From: an uncultured bacterium
GTDB lineage: Bacteria; Bacillota_I; Bacilli_A; RF39; UBA660
Assembly: GCA_900314465.1 (NCBI GenBank)
Contig: OMVK01000017.1
Coordinates: 1-57,600 of the forward strand
Reading direction: 5' to 3'
DNA length: 57,600 nucleotides
In this document: piece after piece, positions 18,604 through 29,293 of the stretch
Numbering within the stretch: the stretch's first letter is position 1
Layout of the letters: each line of letters begins with the position of its first letter
The notes under the pieces: generated by a model
The model's database searches: none
What the model saw: only the letters and a program-made list of their open reading frames with translations
What the model was told of the DNA's origin: nothing
Program-made: the position numbers and the translations under genes

Positions 18604-18960
18604 CTAAAATTCCAATCCATTTTCACGAGCAGCTTGTGCTAAAGCTTCAACTCTACCATGGTATTGATATCCGCCTCTATCAAAAACAACTTTAGTTATT
18701 TTTGCTTTTTTAGCTTTCTTAGCAATATCTTCACCAACTAATTTAGCACCTTCAACATTTCCACCATTCTTAAGTTTTAATTCAACTGAAGAAGAAGAAA
18801 CTAAGGTAGTACCAGCTTCATCATCAATGATTTGAGCAAAGATATTAGTATTTGATCTAAAAACGCATAATCTAGGAACTTCTTTTGTTCCAGAAACATT
18901 CTTACGAACACGAGCATGTCTTCTTAATCTTGCAACATTATTTGCTTCTTTTTTAATCAT
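18604..18960 (-). CDS. rplR: 50S ribosomal protein L18
   Basis: 118 aa. [37 protein letters not shown]. Confidence 0.97.
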   Translation of the reverse strand: MIKKEANNVARLRRHARVRKNVSGTKEVPRLCVFRSNTNIFAQIIDDEAGTTLVSSSSVELKLKNGGNVEGAKLVGEDIAKKAKKAKITKVVFDRGGYQYHGRVEALAQAARENGLEF

Positions 18961-18981
18961 ATTCTTTCTTCCTCCTACCTA

Positions 18982-19521
18982 TTATTTAGATGCTTTCTTT
19001 CCTTCTTTAAGCTTAATAGTTTCACCAGCATAACGAATACCTTTACCTTTATATGGTTCAGGTTTCTTAATACCTCTGACTACTGCAGCGAATTGATTAA
19101 CTTTTTGTTTATCAATTCCAGAAATCTTTATTGTAGTTTGAGAAGGAGCTTCAACCTTGATACCTTCTGGAGCTTCAATAGTAACAGGATGAGAAAAACC
19201 AACATGTAATTCAATCTTATTACCAGTTACAGAACATCTATAACCAACACCATTAATTTCAAGATTTTTAACATAACCTTCAGAAACACCAATCAACATA
19301 TTTTCAATTAAAGAATTAGTTGTTCCATGTAGTGATTTATTAGTAATACTATCATCAGGTCTAGTTACTTTAACAGTATTGCCATCAACACTAACTTTAA
19401 TATTTTCATTAAATGTATCTTTAAGTTCACCTTTAGGTCCACTAATAGTAACAGTGTTACCATCAACACTAACTTTGACACCTTCAGGTATATTTAATAC
19501 TCTATTTCCAATTCTACTCAT
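18982..19521 (-). CDS. rplF: 50S ribosomal protein L6
   Basis: 179 aa. MSRIGNRVLNIPEGV..., two-domain repeat, PYKGKGIRY. Confidence 0.97.
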   Translation of the reverse strand: MSRIGNRVLNIPEGVKVSVDGNTVTISGPKGELKDTFNENIKVSVDGNTVKVTRPDDSITNKSLHGTTNSLIENMLIGVSEGYVKNLEINGVGYRCSVTGNKIELHVGFSHPVTIEAPEGIKVEAPSQTTIKISGIDKQKVNQFAAVVRGIKKPEPYKGKGIRYAGETIKLKEGKKASK

Positions 19522-19538
19522 AACTAATATTTCTTAGC

Positions 19539-19937
19539 TTACCAAATATAAGCTAATACTTCTCCTCCTAGACCTTTTTTTCTAGCATCTCTATCAGTCA
19601 TAATACCTTCAGAAGTAGATATAATTGCTATACCAAGCCCATTTAGTACTTTAGGAAGTTCATCATGATTAACATAAACTCTTAAGCCAGACTTAGATAT
19701 TCTCTTTAAGCCGGAAATGACTCTAACTTTTTTACCGTGACTATATTTTAATGATAATGTAATTGTATTACCACTTGTAGATTTATTAACTTTATAATCA
19801 CTGATATATCCCTCTTCTTTTAAGATACGAGCAATACTTTCAGTAACTTTTGAACCAAGTACATCTACAGTATCATACTTTAATTGATTAGCATTACGTA
19901 TGCGTGTAAGCATATCAGCTATTTTATCTTCTACCAT
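19539..19937 (-). CDS. rpsH: 30S ribosomal protein S8
   Basis: ATG at 19935-19937 with AAGGAAGG upstream. [11 protein letters not shown] motif. Confidence 0.95.
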   Translation of the reverse strand: MVEDKIADMLTRIRNANQLKYDTVDVLGSKVTESIARILKEEGYISDYKVNKSTSGNTITLSLKYSHGKKVRVISGLKRISKSGLRVYVNHDELPKVLNGLGIAIISTSEGIMTDRDARKKGLGGEVLAYIW

Positions 19938-19951
19938 AATTACCTTCCTTT

Positions 19952-20137
19952 CTACCAACTAGACTTTTTAACACCAGGTATTTTACCTTGGTTAGCAAGT
20001 TCTCTAAAACAAATACGGCATAAACCGAATTTTCTTAGAACAGCATGTGGTCTTCCACATCTTTTGCATCTAGTATATTCTCTAGTTTTAAACTTTTGAG
20101 GTCTTTGTTGTTTAACCTTCAAACTTGTCTTTGCCAT
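19952..20137 (-). CDS. rpsN: 30S ribosomal protein S14, zinc-binding type Z
   Basis: 61 aa. [20 protein letters not shown]. Confidence 0.96.
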   Translation of the reverse strand: MAKTSLKVKQQRPQKFKTREYTRCKRCGRPHAVLRKFGLCRICFRELANQGKIPGVKKSSW

Positions 20138-20146
20138 ATCCGTTAC

Positions 20147-20686
20147 CTACTTTCTAAATGGCATACCGAATGCAGTTAATAATGCTAAAGCTTCTTCATT
20201 AGTCTTAGCAGTAGTAACAAAAACGATATCCATTCCTCTTACTTTTACAACTTTATCATATTCAATTTCAGGGAATATAATTTGTTCTTTAATTCCTAAA
20301 GTATAATTACCTTTTCCATCAAATGCTCTATTACTAATTCCACGGAAATCACGAACTCTTGGTAAAGATATTTTAATTAACTTTTCCATAAAGTTGTACA
20401 TATTATCCCCTCTAAGTGTAACTTTAACACCTATTGGTTGACCTTCTCTTACTTTGAAACTTGCAACACTCTTTTTAGCTCTTGTAACAACTGGATGTTG
20501 ACCAGTAATTAATGCTAAATCATTTTGTGCAGCTTCTATAAATTTTTCATCATGAGCTCCTTCACCAACACCCATGTTAATAACTATTTTTTCAAGTCTA
20601 GGTGCTTCCATAGGTGAAGAATAATGGAATTCTTTAATTAATGCAGGTTTAATTTCTTTATTATATTTTTCTTTTAAACTATTCAT
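20147..20686 (-). CDS. rplE: 50S ribosomal protein L5
   Basis: 179 aa. [25 protein letters not shown]. Confidence 0.97.
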   Translation of the reverse strand: MNSLKEKYNKEIKPALIKEFHYSSPMEAPRLEKIVINMGVGEGAHDEKFIEAAQNDLALITGQHPVVTRAKKSVASFKVREGQPIGVKVTLRGDNMYNFMEKLIKISLPRVRDFRGISNRAFDGKGNYTLGIKEQIIFPEIEYDKVVKVRGMDIVFVTTAKTNEEALALLTAFGMPFRK

Positions 20687-21048
20687 TACTTATCACCTGA
20701 CTCTTTCTTTGTACTCTTTTTAGCAGTTTTTGTTGTTTTCTTAGCAGTACTCTTCTTTTCAGTAGTTTTTACTTCTTTAGCTTCTTTATTATCAGTTTTT
20801 ACTTTTGTATCTTTTTTAGCTTTATCTTTATTATCAGATGAAACTAATTTGACATTAGAAATACTTATAGGTGCTTCAGTTTCAATTCTTCCACCTTCAC
20901 TATAAGCATTAGCTTTTTGATGCTTAGTAACGATATTAATACCAGAAACTAATACTTTATTCTTATCTCTAAGAACTCTTATTACATTTCCTTCTTTACC
21001 TTTATCTTCACCAGCTATAACTAAAACTTTATCTCCAACTTTAATCAT
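20686..21048 (-). CDS. rplX: 50S ribosomal protein L24 with Lys/Thr-rich C-terminal extension
   Basis: 120 aa. [21 protein letters not shown] motif. Tail [49 protein letters not shown]. Confidence 0.96.
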   Translation of the reverse strand: MIKVGDKVLVIAGEDKGKEGNVIRVLRDKNKVLVSGINIVTKHQKANAYSEGGRIETEAPISISNVKLVSSDNKDKAKKDTKVKTDNKEAKEVKTTEKKSTAKKTTKTAKKSTKKESGDK

Positions 21049-21057
21049 AGTTTCCTC

Positions 21058-21426
21058 CTATAATACTTCACTTGCAAGTGATACGATCTTCATGTAACCT
21101 TTATCACGAAGTTCACGAGCAACTGGTCCTAAAACACGTGTTCCAATAGGACTCTTATCATCTTTAATTAATACACAGGCATTATCTGAAAAACTAATAT
21201 ATGAACCATCACTTCTTCTAACACCTTGAACTGATCTAACAATAACTGCTTTAACAACTTTTCCTTCTTTTATATTAGAATTAGGAATTGCTTTTTTTAC
21301 TGTTCCAGTAACTACATCACCGATGTTTCCATATTTAACCTTAGAACCACCATTGACTCTAATTACTAGTATTTCTCTTGCACCAGAGTTATCGGCAACT
21401 TTTAATCTTGTTTCTTGTTGTATCAT
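21058..21426 (-). CDS. rplN: 50S ribosomal protein L14
   Basis: 122 aa. [19 protein letters not shown]. Confidence 0.98.
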   Translation of the reverse strand: MIQQETRLKVADNSGAREILVIRVNGGSKVKYGNIGDVVTGTVKKAIPNSNIKEGKVVKAVIVRSVQGVRRSDGSYISFSDNACVLIKDDKSPIGTRVLGPVARELRDKGYMKIVSLASEVL

Positions 21427-21437
21427 AATAACCCTCC

Positions 21438-21695
21438 TTAGATAATAGCAGCTTCAACTAATACCTTATCAAGAGCATATCTCTTAGTTTTAGATAATGG
21501 TCTTGTAGATACAAGTCTAACTGTATCTCCTACCTTTGCTATATTTTTTTCATCATGAGCTGCATACTTTTTAGATTTTTTAAATCTCTTATGATATAAA
21601 GGATGAACTTCATTAGTTTCTACTAATACAGTAATAGTTTTTTCTTTAACACTTACTACTTTACCAGTTAAATAAGTTTTCTTACTATCATTCAT
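21438..21695 (-). CDS. rpsQ: 30S ribosomal protein S17
   Basis: 85 aa. [19 protein letters not shown]. Confidence 0.96.
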   Translation of the reverse strand: MNDSKKTYLTGKVVSVKEKTITVLVETNEVHPLYHKRFKKSKKYAAHDEKNIAKVGDTVRLVSTRPLSKTKRYALDKVLVEAAII

Positions 21696-21898
21696 TATTT
21701 GTTTCCTCCTTCATTTTTTCTTTCAGTTAAAACAGTCTTTAATCTAGCAACTGTCTTTCTATCTTCATTAATTTTATGAGATTTTTCTAATTGAGCAGAA
21801 GCTTGTTTCATTCTTAAATCAAACAATTCAGATTTTAATTCTTCAATCTTCTTTTCAATTTCTTCAGTGGACATTTTTCTAATATCTTCAGTCTTCAT
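21695..21898 (-). CDS. rpmC: 50S ribosomal protein L29
   Basis: ATG at 21896-21898 preferred. [24 protein letters not shown]. Confidence 0.93.
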   Translation of the reverse strand: MKTEDIRKMSTEEIEKKIEELKSELFDLRMKQASAQLEKSHKINEDRKTVARLKTVLTERKNEGGNK

Positions 21899-22316
21899 TA
21901 ACAACACCACTTTCTTTTCTTACAAACTTAGATTTAACACCAAGTTTATGAGATGCAAGTCTTAAAGCTTCTCTTGCAGTAGCTTCATCAACTTCACCAA
22001 TTTCAAACATTACAGTGCCTTTTTTTACAACTGCAGCCCACTCTTTAACGTCACCTTTTCCAGTACCTTGACGTTGACCAAGACCTTGTGCAGTTCTAGC
22101 AAGTTGAGGAAATATATTAATAAATACACGTCCTCCACGTTTCATATAACGAGTCATAGCAATACGTGCAGCTTCAATTTGCTTAGCAGGAACATAACCG
22201 CCCTCTGTAGCCATTAAGCCATATTCACCTTTAGTAACTTTAGTATTACCTTTAGCATGACCTTCATATGATATTCTATGAGGCTTACGATATTTAGTTC
22301 TTTTTGGCATTAACAT
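21888..22316 (-). CDS. rplP: 50S ribosomal protein L16
   Basis: ATG at 22314-22316 with AGGAGG 8 nt upstream. [14 protein letters not shown]. Confidence 0.96.
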   Translation of the reverse strand: MLMPKRTKYRKPHRISYEGHAKGNTKVTKGEYGLMATEGGYVPAKQIEAARIAMTRYMKRGGRVFINIFPQLARTAQGLGQRQGTGKGDVKEWAAVVKKGTVMFEIGEVDEATAREALRLASHKLGVKSKFVRKESGVVNED

Positions 22317-23025
22317 CGTCATTACCTCCTTTTTTAAATACTTTCTTTTCTTTATTATCTTTTTTATTTTCAGTATTTTCTTGATCTGTATTCTTTTTAT
22401 TTAGAATTTCGCCTTTATAAATCCAAACCTTAACACCAATATCACCATATGTAGTTAAAGCAGTAGCTTCAGCATAATCAATATCAGCTCTAATAGTTTG
22501 AAGTGGTACAGTACCTTCAACATAATGTTCAGTTCTAGCCATTTCAGCACCACCAAGACGACCAGAAACTTGAGTCTTAACACCAAGTGCTCCTGCTCTT
22601 AGAGTTTGTCTAATAGCTTTCTTTTGAATATTATGATAATTACCACGATTTTCAATTTGTCTAGCAATAGATTGAGCAACTAATGAAGCATCTAAATCAG
22701 GATTCTTAATATCATTAATAGTAATAAACACATTTTCTCCTGAAACATTCTTAACTTCTTTTCTTAGTTTTTCAATATCTTCACCACCATGACCAATAAT
22801 AACACCAGGTTTAGCAGTAAATATTTTAACATCTACTCTATCATTTTTTCTTTCAATTAAAATTTTAGAAACAGCAGCATCTTTTAATTTCTTTTCAAGA
22901 TATTCTCTAATCTTAATATCATTATTAAGTTTATTGACATAATCTTTACCTTCAGCATACCATTTTGAATCCCAATCTTTATTAACACCAAGTCTGAATC
23001 CAACTGGATTTACCTTTTGTCCCAT
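22294..23025 (-). CDS. rpsC: 30S ribosomal protein S3 with Lys/Asn-rich C-terminal extension
   Basis: 243 aa. [15 protein letters not shown] domain, [10 protein letters not shown]. Confidence 0.97.
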   Translation of the reverse strand: MGQKVNPVGFRLGVNKDWDSKWYAEGKDYVNKLNNDIKIREYLEKKLKDAAVSKILIERKNDRVDVKIFTAKPGVIIGHGGEDIEKLRKEVKNVSGENVFITINDIKNPDLDASLVAQSIARQIENRGNYHNIQKKAIRQTLRAGALGVKTQVSGRLGGAEMARTEHYVEGTVPLQTIRADIDYAEATALTTYGDIGVKVWIYKGEILNKKNTDQENTENKKDNKEKKVFKKGGNDDVNAKKN

Positions 23026-23027
23026 AG

Positions 23028-23369
23028 TTAAGCCTCCTTACCATCACTAACTTTAACAGTGATGTGACTAGTTCTTTTATCTCTTCTATCAATATGTGAA
23101 TGAGAAGCTGGTTTATATCTCTTATAAACAACACCAGGATTTATATAGCATTCAGATACTACTAAATCACTTTCTTTTGCTCCAAAGTTATTAACAGCAT
23201 TAGCCATAGCAGATTCTAAAACCTTAAGAATAAGACGACTAGACTTAGTATTAGTATTTTTAAGTATTCCAACAGCGTCCGTAGCTTTTTTACCTCTAAT
23301 TAAATCTAGAGTTAAACGAGCTTTACGAGGAGCTACCATTGCATTTTTATGAATTGCATAAGTTTCCAT
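23028..23369 (-). CDS. rplV: 50S ribosomal protein L22
   Basis: 113 aa. [15 protein letters not shown]. Confidence 0.96.
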   Translation of the reverse strand: METYAIHKNAMVAPRKARLTLDLIRGKKATDAVGILKNTNTKSSRLILKVLESAMANAVNNFGAKESDLVVSECYINPGVVYKRYKPASHSHIDRRDKRTSHITVKVSDGKEA

Positions 23370-23380
23370 CTAATATCCTC

Positions 23381-23647
23381 CTATTCCTTTGAAGCACCAT
23401 GTCCGCCATTCTTACGAGTTAGCGCAAATTCACCAAGTTTGTGTCCAACCATTTCTTCAGTAATATATACTGGAATAAAATCTTTTCCATTATGTACTGC
23501 AATAGTATGTCCAACAAAATCAGGGAAAATTGTAGAACGACGAGAGTATGTCTTTACAACTTCTTTTTTATTTTCTGAATTTAATTTATTAATTTTCTTT
23601 AATAGGCTTTCATCAGCGAAAGGCCCTTTTTTAATACTTCTTGCCAT
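23381..23647 (-). CDS. rpsS: 30S ribosomal protein S19
   Basis: 88 aa. [38 protein letters not shown]. Confidence 0.98.
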   Translation of the reverse strand: MARSIKKGPFADESLLKKINKLNSENKKEVVKTYSRRSTIFPDFVGHTIAVHNGKDFIPVYITEEMVGHKLGEFALTRKNGGHGASKE

Positions 23648-23657
23648 CTCTTAACAC

Positions 23658-24491
23658 CTACTTTTTCTTTCTACTAATAATTAGCTTACTAGATGCTTTC
23701 TTAGATTTACGAGTCTTAACACCAAGAGCAGGTTTACCCCAAGGAGTCATTGGTTGCTTACGTCCAATTGGAGCACGACCTTCACCACCACCATGTGGAT
23801 GATCATTAGGGTTCATAGCAGAACCACGGTTTGTAGGTCTAATACCCATATGACGAGTACGTCCAGCCTTACCAACATTAATTAACTCATAATCCTCATT
23901 GCCAACTACACCAATAGTTGCCATACAAGTACCAAGAATCTTTCTTGTTTCACCAGATTGTAATCTAACAATTACATATTTGCCATCACGTCCAAGAATT
24001 TGAACAGATGCACCAGCTGATCTTGCAAGTTCTCCACCTTTACCAGGTTTTAATTCAACATTATGAACTAATGAACCAACAGGAATATTTTGAAGTTGCA
24101 TAGCATTACCAATTTGAATATCACATGCTTCATTAGCTTCAACAATCATACCAACTTTTAAATCTTTAGGTGCAATAATATATCTCTTTTCACCATCTTT
24201 ATAATTAATTAAAGCGATATTAGCATTACGATTTGGATCATATTCAATTGACGCAACTTTACCAGTAACACCAAATTTATCTCTCTTAAAATCTATAACA
24301 CGATATTTAGTTCTTGCACCACCACCGATGTGTCTAACAGTAAGTTTACCTTGATTATTACGACCACCAGTTTTTGCTACACGTTTTACTAATGATTTAG
24401 TAGGTTTATTACCCTTAGTAAGTTCATCATTAGAAAGTGTTGACATTCCACGTCTACCATTAGTAGTAGCTTTATATTTAACAATTCCCAT
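23658..24491 (-). CDS. rplB: 50S ribosomal protein L2
   Basis: 277 aa. [30 protein letters not shown]. Confidence 0.98.
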   Translation of the reverse strand: MGIVKYKATTNGRRGMSTLSNDELTKGNKPTKSLVKRVAKTGGRNNQGKLTVRHIGGGARTKYRVIDFKRDKFGVTGKVASIEYDPNRNANIALINYKDGEKRYIIAPKDLKVGMIVEANEACDIQIGNAMQLQNIPVGSLVHNVELKPGKGGELARSAGASVQILGRDGKYVIVRLQSGETRKILGTCMATIGVVGNEDYELINVGKAGRTRHMGIRPTNRGSAMNPNDHPHGGGEGRAPIGRKQPMTPWGKPALGVKTRKSKKASSKLIISRKKK

Positions 24492-24506
24492 ATTACTTAC
24501 CTCCTA

Positions 24507-24776
24507 CTATAATTCAATAGTGTTACCATCTTTTAATGTAACTATTGCTTTCTTATAAGTTTTTGTTGTACCAGTATATCTTCCAACTCTTCTTGCTTTA
24601 GATTTAGTATTAAGAGTCTTAACATCTGCTACTTTTACATTGAATGCACTTTCAATTGCTTGTTTTATTTGTGTTTTATTAGCATCTTTTCTAACTTTAA
24701 AAACATAAGTTTTACCATTACCAGATGCTACAGTAGATTTCTCAGTTACTACTGGAGCTATAATTATATCTTTCAT
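24507..24776 (-). CDS. rplW: 50S ribosomal protein L23
   Basis: 89 aa. IIAPVVTEKS, YKKAIVTL. Confidence 0.96.
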   Translation of the reverse strand: MKDIIIAPVVTEKSTVASGNGKTYVFKVRKDANKTQIKQAIESAFNVKVADVKTLNTKSKARRVGRYTGTTKTYKKAIVTLKDGNTIEL

Positions 24777-25396
24777 TAACCAAGTGCCTCCTCAAAATAT
24801 TTTAGTGCATCTTCATCTAATACAAGATAATCTGCATAAACAATATCACGAACACTAGTATCACTTACCATACTAACAGCAAGATTACTAATATTTCTTG
24901 TAGCTAAATAAAGCTTTTCAGCATCATTTGCAGTAACAAATAATACTTTTCCACTTACTTTTAAACTATCAAGTAAGTTTTTAATATTTTTAGTCTTTGT
25001 AGAATCAATATCAAGTGAATCTACAACAATTAATTTCTTATCAAATACTTTATCAGATAAAGCAGCTCTTAAAGCTATTCTTCTTTCTTTTCTATTAGTC
25101 TTGAATGAATAATTTCTTGGTTTTGGTCCAAATACTACACCACCACCACGATATTGTGGAGCTCTAATAGAGCCTTGTCTTGCATGACCAGTACCTTTTT
25201 GTCTATAAGGTTTTCTTCCACCACCAGATACTTCAGATTTATCTTTAGTACTATGAGTACCTTGTCTCATAGAATTCATTTGAAGTCTAATAGCTTTCTT
25301 TAAAATAACATCGTTACTTATATTAAATATATCATCATTCAATTTAATATCTTTTACTTTTTCACCATTAAGTTTTACTTCTTTTATACTTGCCAT
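24776..25396 (-). CDS. rplD: 50S ribosomal protein L4
   Basis: 206 aa. SGGGRKPYRQKGTGHARQGSIRAPQYRGGGVVFGP. Confidence 0.97.
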   Translation of the reverse strand: MASIKEVKLNGEKVKDIKLNDDIFNISNDVILKKAIRLQMNSMRQGTHSTKDKSEVSGGGRKPYRQKGTGHARQGSIRAPQYRGGGVVFGPKPRNYSFKTNRKERRIALRAALSDKVFDKKLIVVDSLDIDSTKTKNIKNLLDSLKVSGKVLFVTANDAEKLYLATRNISNLAVSMVSDTSVRDIVYADYLVLDEDALKYFEEALG

Positions 25397-25424
25397 CTCA
25401 AAATTCTCCTTTCTCTACTTGAAA

Positions 25425-26174
25425 TTATTCAAGAGATTCTGATCCTTTCTCGTCAGCAGTTGTAGCCTCTTCTTTAGCATCAGGTTTAGTATCTTCTGCC
25501 TTTGTTTCTTCAACAACTTCATTAACGATGATATCTTTTGGTTCAACTTTACCAGGTCTAACTGCAGACTTGATAAGTACTAAACTATTCTTAGCACCAG
25601 GAACATTGCCACTTACTAAGATATAGTTATCTTTAACACATACTTCAATAATTTCTAGGTTTTGAATAGTAACAGTTTCTCCACCCATACGACCTGCAAG
25701 TTTCTTTCCTTTTAAAACTCTCATTGGTCTCATAGTACCCATTGAACCTGGTCTTCTATGATAATTAGATCCATGAGTTTCAGGTCCTCTAGATTGTCCA
25801 TGACGTTTAATAGGTCCTTCAAAACCTTTTCCTTTTGATGTACCAGTTACATCAACTCTTTCACCTACTGTGAAAACACTAGCATCAATATTGCTTCCTA
25901 GTGTGTAATCTTGAGTATTATCTACTCTAAGTTCTCTATAGAAGCGCTTAGGTGCTATATTAGCTTTTTTAGCGTGTCCAGCTTCAGCTTTATTAACACG
26001 TTTAGTCTTCTTGTCAACAATACCAAGTTGAACAGCATTATAACCATCAGTTTCAACAGTTTTAATTTGTGAAACAACATTAGGTTCAACTTCGATAACT
26101 GTTACAGGAATAACTTTACCATCTTTCGTAAATTTTTCGGTCATGCCGATTTTACGACCTAAGATTCCTTTCAT
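25425..26174 (-). CDS. rplC: 50S ribosomal protein L3 with acidic C-terminal extension
   Basis: ATG at 26172-26174 with GGAGG 8 nt upstream. [24 protein letters not shown]. Tail [30 protein letters not shown]. Confidence 0.96.
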   Translation of the reverse strand: MKGILGRKIGMTEKFTKDGKVIPVTVIEVEPNVVSQIKTVETDGYNAVQLGIVDKKTKRVNKAEAGHAKKANIAPKRFYRELRVDNTQDYTLGSNIDASVFTVGERVDVTGTSKGKGFEGPIKRHGQSRGPETHGSNYHRRPGSMGTMRPMRVLKGKKLAGRMGGETVTIQNLEIIEVCVKDNYILVSGNVPGAKNSLVLIKSAVRPGKVEPKDIIVNEVVEETKAEDTKPDAKEEATTADEKGSESLE

Positions 26175-26193
26175 ATTACTTTCCTCCATTTAA

Positions 26194-26499
26194 TTATATT
26201 GTTTTAATACTAATCTCAACACCACTAGGTAAATCTAAGTGAGATAGTGCATCCATAGTTTCCTTACTAGGATTTTTGACATCGATTAATCTCTTATGAG
26301 TTCTCATTTCGAATTGTTCACGAGAATCTTTATATTTATGTACTGCACGTAAAACTGTAATCTTTTGAATTTCAGTTGGAAGTGGAACAGGTCCACTAAT
26401 TTCTCCACCAGTTCTCTTTACAGTGTCACAAATTCTAGCACATGCATTATCTAGGATTCTATGATCATAAGCTTTTAATCTTATTCTTACTTTTGACAT
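26194..26499 (-). CDS. rpsJ: 30S ribosomal protein S10
   Basis: 101 aa. [12 protein letters not shown], first gene of the S10 operon. Confidence 0.98.
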   Translation of the reverse strand: MSKVRIRLKAYDHRILDNACARICDTVKRTGGEISGPVPLPTEIQKITVLRAVHKYKDSREQFEMRTHKRLIDVKNPSKETMDALSHLDLPSGVEISIKTI

Positions 26500-26629
26500 T
26501 ATATGTCCTCCCTTCGCTTATATCTTGTATAAACTTGCTCCGGAAACGAATTACCTGATATCACAAGTTTTATTGATACAACCCCACCTAGTGTATCAGC
26601 AACTTCGCCCATCCATGCCGTTTAAACTA
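26500..26629 (-). promoter_or_regulatory. About 130-nt 5-prime leader of the S10 operon, locally GC-enriched, with hairpins
   Basis: Lies between the predicted promoter and the rpsJ ATG. Hairpin tgataca (26574-26580) / tgtatca (26592-26598) with an 11-nt purine-rich loop. A second bracket acttg (26533-26537) / caagt (26564-26568) encloses ccggaaacg. Visibly more G+C than neighbouring intergenic DNA. Confidence 0.5.
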
Positions 26630-26635
26630 AGTATG

Positions 26636-26664
26636 ATTATACACATTTAACCTAGGTAAATCAA
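26636..26664 (-). promoter_or_regulatory. SigA-type promoter of the S10 operon
   Basis: Minus strand reads TTGATT (26664-26659), 17 nt, TATAAT (26641-26636). Confidence 0.7.
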
Positions 26665-26724
26665 GTTTTTTCACACTTTTTCCCAATAAAACTGAAATAA
26701 TTATAAAATATATATAATTTACTA

Positions 26725-26733
26725 TGATATAAT
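26725..26733 (+). promoter_or_regulatory. Extended -10 promoter element for the GT2 gene
   Basis: TGATATAAT (TG at 26725-26726, TATAAT at 26728-26733), 22 nt upstream of the ATG at 26756. GAGGTG RBS at 26745-26750. No good -35. Confidence 0.5.
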
Positions 26734-26755
26734 TTAAATATAATGAGGTGTTTTT

Positions 26756-27694
26756 ATGGATTTAGATGTTATTATACCCGCTTATAACGAGGAAGGAAAT
26801 ATCAATTTATTATATGATTCTCTAACTACAAACTTAGTAGATTTAAAATATACATTAATATTCGTCGATGACGGTTCAACAGATAATACATATCAAAAAT
26901 TAAAAGATATATATAATAAGGATAATAAACATGTAAAAGTAATTTCTTTTTCACGCAATTTTGGAAAAGATGCAGCAATTTACGCTGGAATGAGTGCAAC
27001 ACATGCTAAATATACTTGTATAATTGATGCCGACATGCAACAACATCCTAAATATATTAAACAAATGTATAATTTTCTTGAAAACAACGAAGATTATGAT
27101 GAAGTAGCTATGGTAAATAACTATGAAGACGATTCTAAATCACAAAAATTTTTTAAAAATACATTCTATAATCTAATGAAAAAAATAACTAAACAAAATT
27201 ATGTAACTGGTGCTAGTGACTTTCGTTTAATGAGAGACTATGTAGTTAAGTCTATTTTAAATATGAAAGAAAATAAAAGATTTACTAAAGGACTATTTTC
27301 TTGGGTTGGTTATAAAATTCATTATATAAATTATAAACCAAGTAAAAGATTATCTGGAAAATCTAAATTCAATTTTAAAAATCAAGTTAAATATGCTTTC
27401 GAAGGAATATTAAATTTTTCTACTATTCCCCTACACATCTCATGCTTTATCGGAGGAATAATATCATTTATATCACTAATATATTTTATAGTAATTATTA
27501 TTCAAAAATTATTCTTTGGTATTGATGTACCTGGTTATGCATCATTAATGAGTGTAATACTAATACTAGGTGGATTAATACTTTTAGTATTAGGTATTAT
27601 TGGTGAATATGTATCAAGAACATATATCGAAATTAAAAATAGACCTATTTATATAGCAAAAAGAACTTTAGGTTTTGATGATGAAATATTATAA
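26756..27694 (+). CDS. Family 2 glycosyltransferase, polyprenol-phosphate sugar transferase type (GtrB/CsbB/DPM1-like)
   Basis: 312 aa. IIPAYNEEGNI, FVDDGSTDNT, IDADMQQHP. Two C-terminal TM helices, typical of GtrB-like enzymes. Confidence 0.85.
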   Translation: MDLDVIIPAYNEEGNINLLYDSLTTNLVDLKYTLIFVDDGSTDNTYQKLKDIYNKDNKHVKVISFSRNFGKDAAIYAGMSATHAKYTCIIDADMQQHPKYIKQMYNFLENNEDYDEVAMVNNYEDDSKSQKFFKNTFYNLMKKITKQNYVTGASDFRLMRDYVVKSILNMKENKRFTKGLFSWVGYKIHYINYKPSKRLSGKSKFNFKNQVKYAFEGILNFSTIPLHISCFIGGIISFISLIYFIVIIIQKLFFGIDVPGYASLMSVILILGGLILLVLGIIGEYVSRTYIEIKNRPIYIAKRTLGFDDEIL

Positions 27695-27718
27695 AAAGCG
27701 TTATTAAAACGCTTTTTT
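27694..27718. terminator. Bidirectional hairpin terminator between convergent genes
   Basis: aaaagcgtt (27694-27702) / aacgctttt (27708-27716) with a 5-nt loop, A-run on one side and T-run on the other. Confidence 0.75.
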
Positions 27719-28424
27719 AATCAGATAATAAATTGTTATTAGAAAGACTATCAATAAACTCTTTTAACTTACCAGTATTTTCAGATAAATACTCAACACT
27801 AAACTTACCATCAGGATTTCTTTTAATACCTACACAATTACTTCTATTAGTAAGTATTTCTAATGGTTTAATATTATGTCTTAATAAATAAGCATCTTCA
27901 TCATAATAATTCTTACTACCTAACATTTCATCAATAAGTTCAATCTTAGCAAGATTATCTATACCTCTTACAAAAAAAGAATCTACGTAACCATAGCTAT
28001 CTGCAATACCTTCAGTAATATTACTCATATCTTGAAAATCTTTACGATATCCAATATTTATATCAGTTAAAGTAGGATAATCAATTATAATATCAGTCTT
28101 ACTATCAAATAAATCAAAATCTTTAGGTTTATAATTATTATTAAACGGATTACTTTGTAATAAATAAGCATGTTTATTATGAGATATTAATATTTGATCA
28201 CGTCCTGTACCTAGTGGATCTAAGACACATAGACCAAGTTCATGTAAACAAAACTCAAAATATGGATCAAATCTTGTTATATTTTTCTGATATTCATAAA
28301 AAAGCAACTTCATCTGATAATCTCTTGAAGTTATTTTATTAACAATAGATTTACATAAACTCTTAATATCATATGTATTTACTTCTTGAAAAACAAAATC
28401 ACTATTATATATACCACACTTCAT
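27717..28424 (-). CDS. Hypothetical cytoplasmic protein
   Basis: ORF track gives 27717-28430. The second ATG (28422-28424) has better spacing from GAGGT. No motif recognised. Confidence 0.6.
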   Translation of the reverse strand: MKCGIYNSDFVFQEVNTYDIKSLCKSIVNKITSRDYQMKLLFYEYQKNITRFDPYFEFCLHELGLCVLDPLGTGRDQILISHNKHAYLLQSNPFNNNYKPKDFDLFDSKTDIIIDYPTLTDINIGYRKDFQDMSNITEGIADSYGYVDSFFVRGIDNLAKIELIDEMLGSKNYYDEDAYLLRHNIKPLEILTNRSNCVGIKRNPDGKFSVEYLSENTGKLKEFIDSLSNNNLLSD

Positions 28425-28438
28425 AACCATACCTCACA

Positions 28439-29203
28439 TTATTTAGATTTTATTATTTCAATATACGAATTAACTTTATTAGCCCATTCAGAAGATGCTG
28501 CATATGTAGATGCCATAGAATTAGCATCTTTCATACCTTTTAAATAATAATTGTTATAAATAATATCTAAATAACTATCTATTCCCTCTTCTAAACTATC
28601 ATATTTAGAATATGATGTTCCTCTACAAGAACCATACCCTTTTAATCCACCTATATTAAAACATTCTTTTGTTAATGTTGAACATTTCCACTGACAACCT
28701 GTTTCAAGTAATACAATAGCAACACTTAAATATGGATCAAGACCAGTATTTTTAGTATATTCAGCAAAGAAATAACCAGTATTTGTCAAATAATCACCTA
28801 AAGACTTATTTAACTTATTAGTAAGTTCTGTAATAGTCATACCATCATAAATAATTGAACCATCGTCACTAAAACTAGGAGCATTTAAATATGGATATGA
28901 AGAATTATTATTATCTTCACTACTTTCACTTTCAATTAAATCAAGTTCTTCATTACTTACACTTGTAGTTAAAATATTATAAGTAGTTGTAGTACTTGGA
29001 ATAGTAGTTGCATTAGCAAGTTTTGGTTTATTACTATTAACATTTGAACTAGAATCATTCCCTGTTATTTTATCTAAAGACGAAAGAGAATTAACATTAC
29101 TAAAAAAAGTATGTTTTATAAAAAAAACAGTACCAAGACATGCTACTAACAATATAACTAAAAAAATAAATTCTTTTTTATATATAGATATAAGTTTTTT
29201 CAT
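28439..29203 (-). CDS. Membrane-anchored peptidoglycan hydrolase, glucosaminidase (LytD/FlgJ-type) domain
   Basis: 254 aa. N-terminal TM (FIFLVILLVACLGTVFFI), Ser/Thr/Asn linker. C-terminal GLDPYLSVAIVLLETG...NIGGLKG...YSKYDSLEEGIDSYLDII...YAASSEWANKV. Confidence 0.75.
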   Translation of the reverse strand: MKKLISIYKKEFIFLVILLVACLGTVFFIKHTFFSNVNSLSSLDKITGNDSSSNVNSNKPKLANATTIPSTTTTYNILTTSVSNEELDLIESESSEDNNNSSYPYLNAPSFSDDGSIIYDGMTITELTNKLNKSLGDYLTNTGYFFAEYTKNTGLDPYLSVAIVLLETGCQWKCSTLTKECFNIGGLKGYGSCRGTSYSKYDSLEEGIDSYLDIIYNNYYLKGMKDANSMASTYAASSEWANKVNSYIEIIKSK

Positions 29204-29260
29204 TACTATCCTCTATCCTGTAAAAAGTATAACAAATATCATATATATTTTCAACAGCAC

Positions 29261-29287
29261 AAAAAAAGAGCTCTATTAAGCTCTTTT
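29261..29287 (-). terminator. Rho-independent terminator after the surface-protein gene
   Basis: aaagagct (29265-29272) / agctcttt (29279-29286) with a 6-nt loop. Plus-strand A7 at 29261-29267 gives the U-run on the minus strand. Confidence 0.7.
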
Positions 29288-29293
29288 AATATA

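Noticed and set aside
14615-23654. ORF-track entries inside the ribosomal cluster on the opposite strand or in alternative frames: 14615-14878 (+), 16096-16467 (+), 17810-17998 (-), 17845-18063 (+), 19884-20099 (+), 23349-23654 (+).
   Set aside because: All lie entirely within, or antisense to, highly conserved genes (rpmJ/infA, adk/secY, rplO, rpsH/rpsN, rpsS/rplV). They have low-complexity or hydrophobic shadow-frame compositions and no RBS, so they are spurious shadow ORFs.
26520-26630. GC-enriched stretch upstream of rpsJ considered as a tRNA or small RNA gene.
   Set aside because: I found no acceptor/T-arm pattern (no GTTCRANYC-like box) and no cloverleaf. Its position between a promoter and the rpsJ RBS fits an mRNA leader instead.
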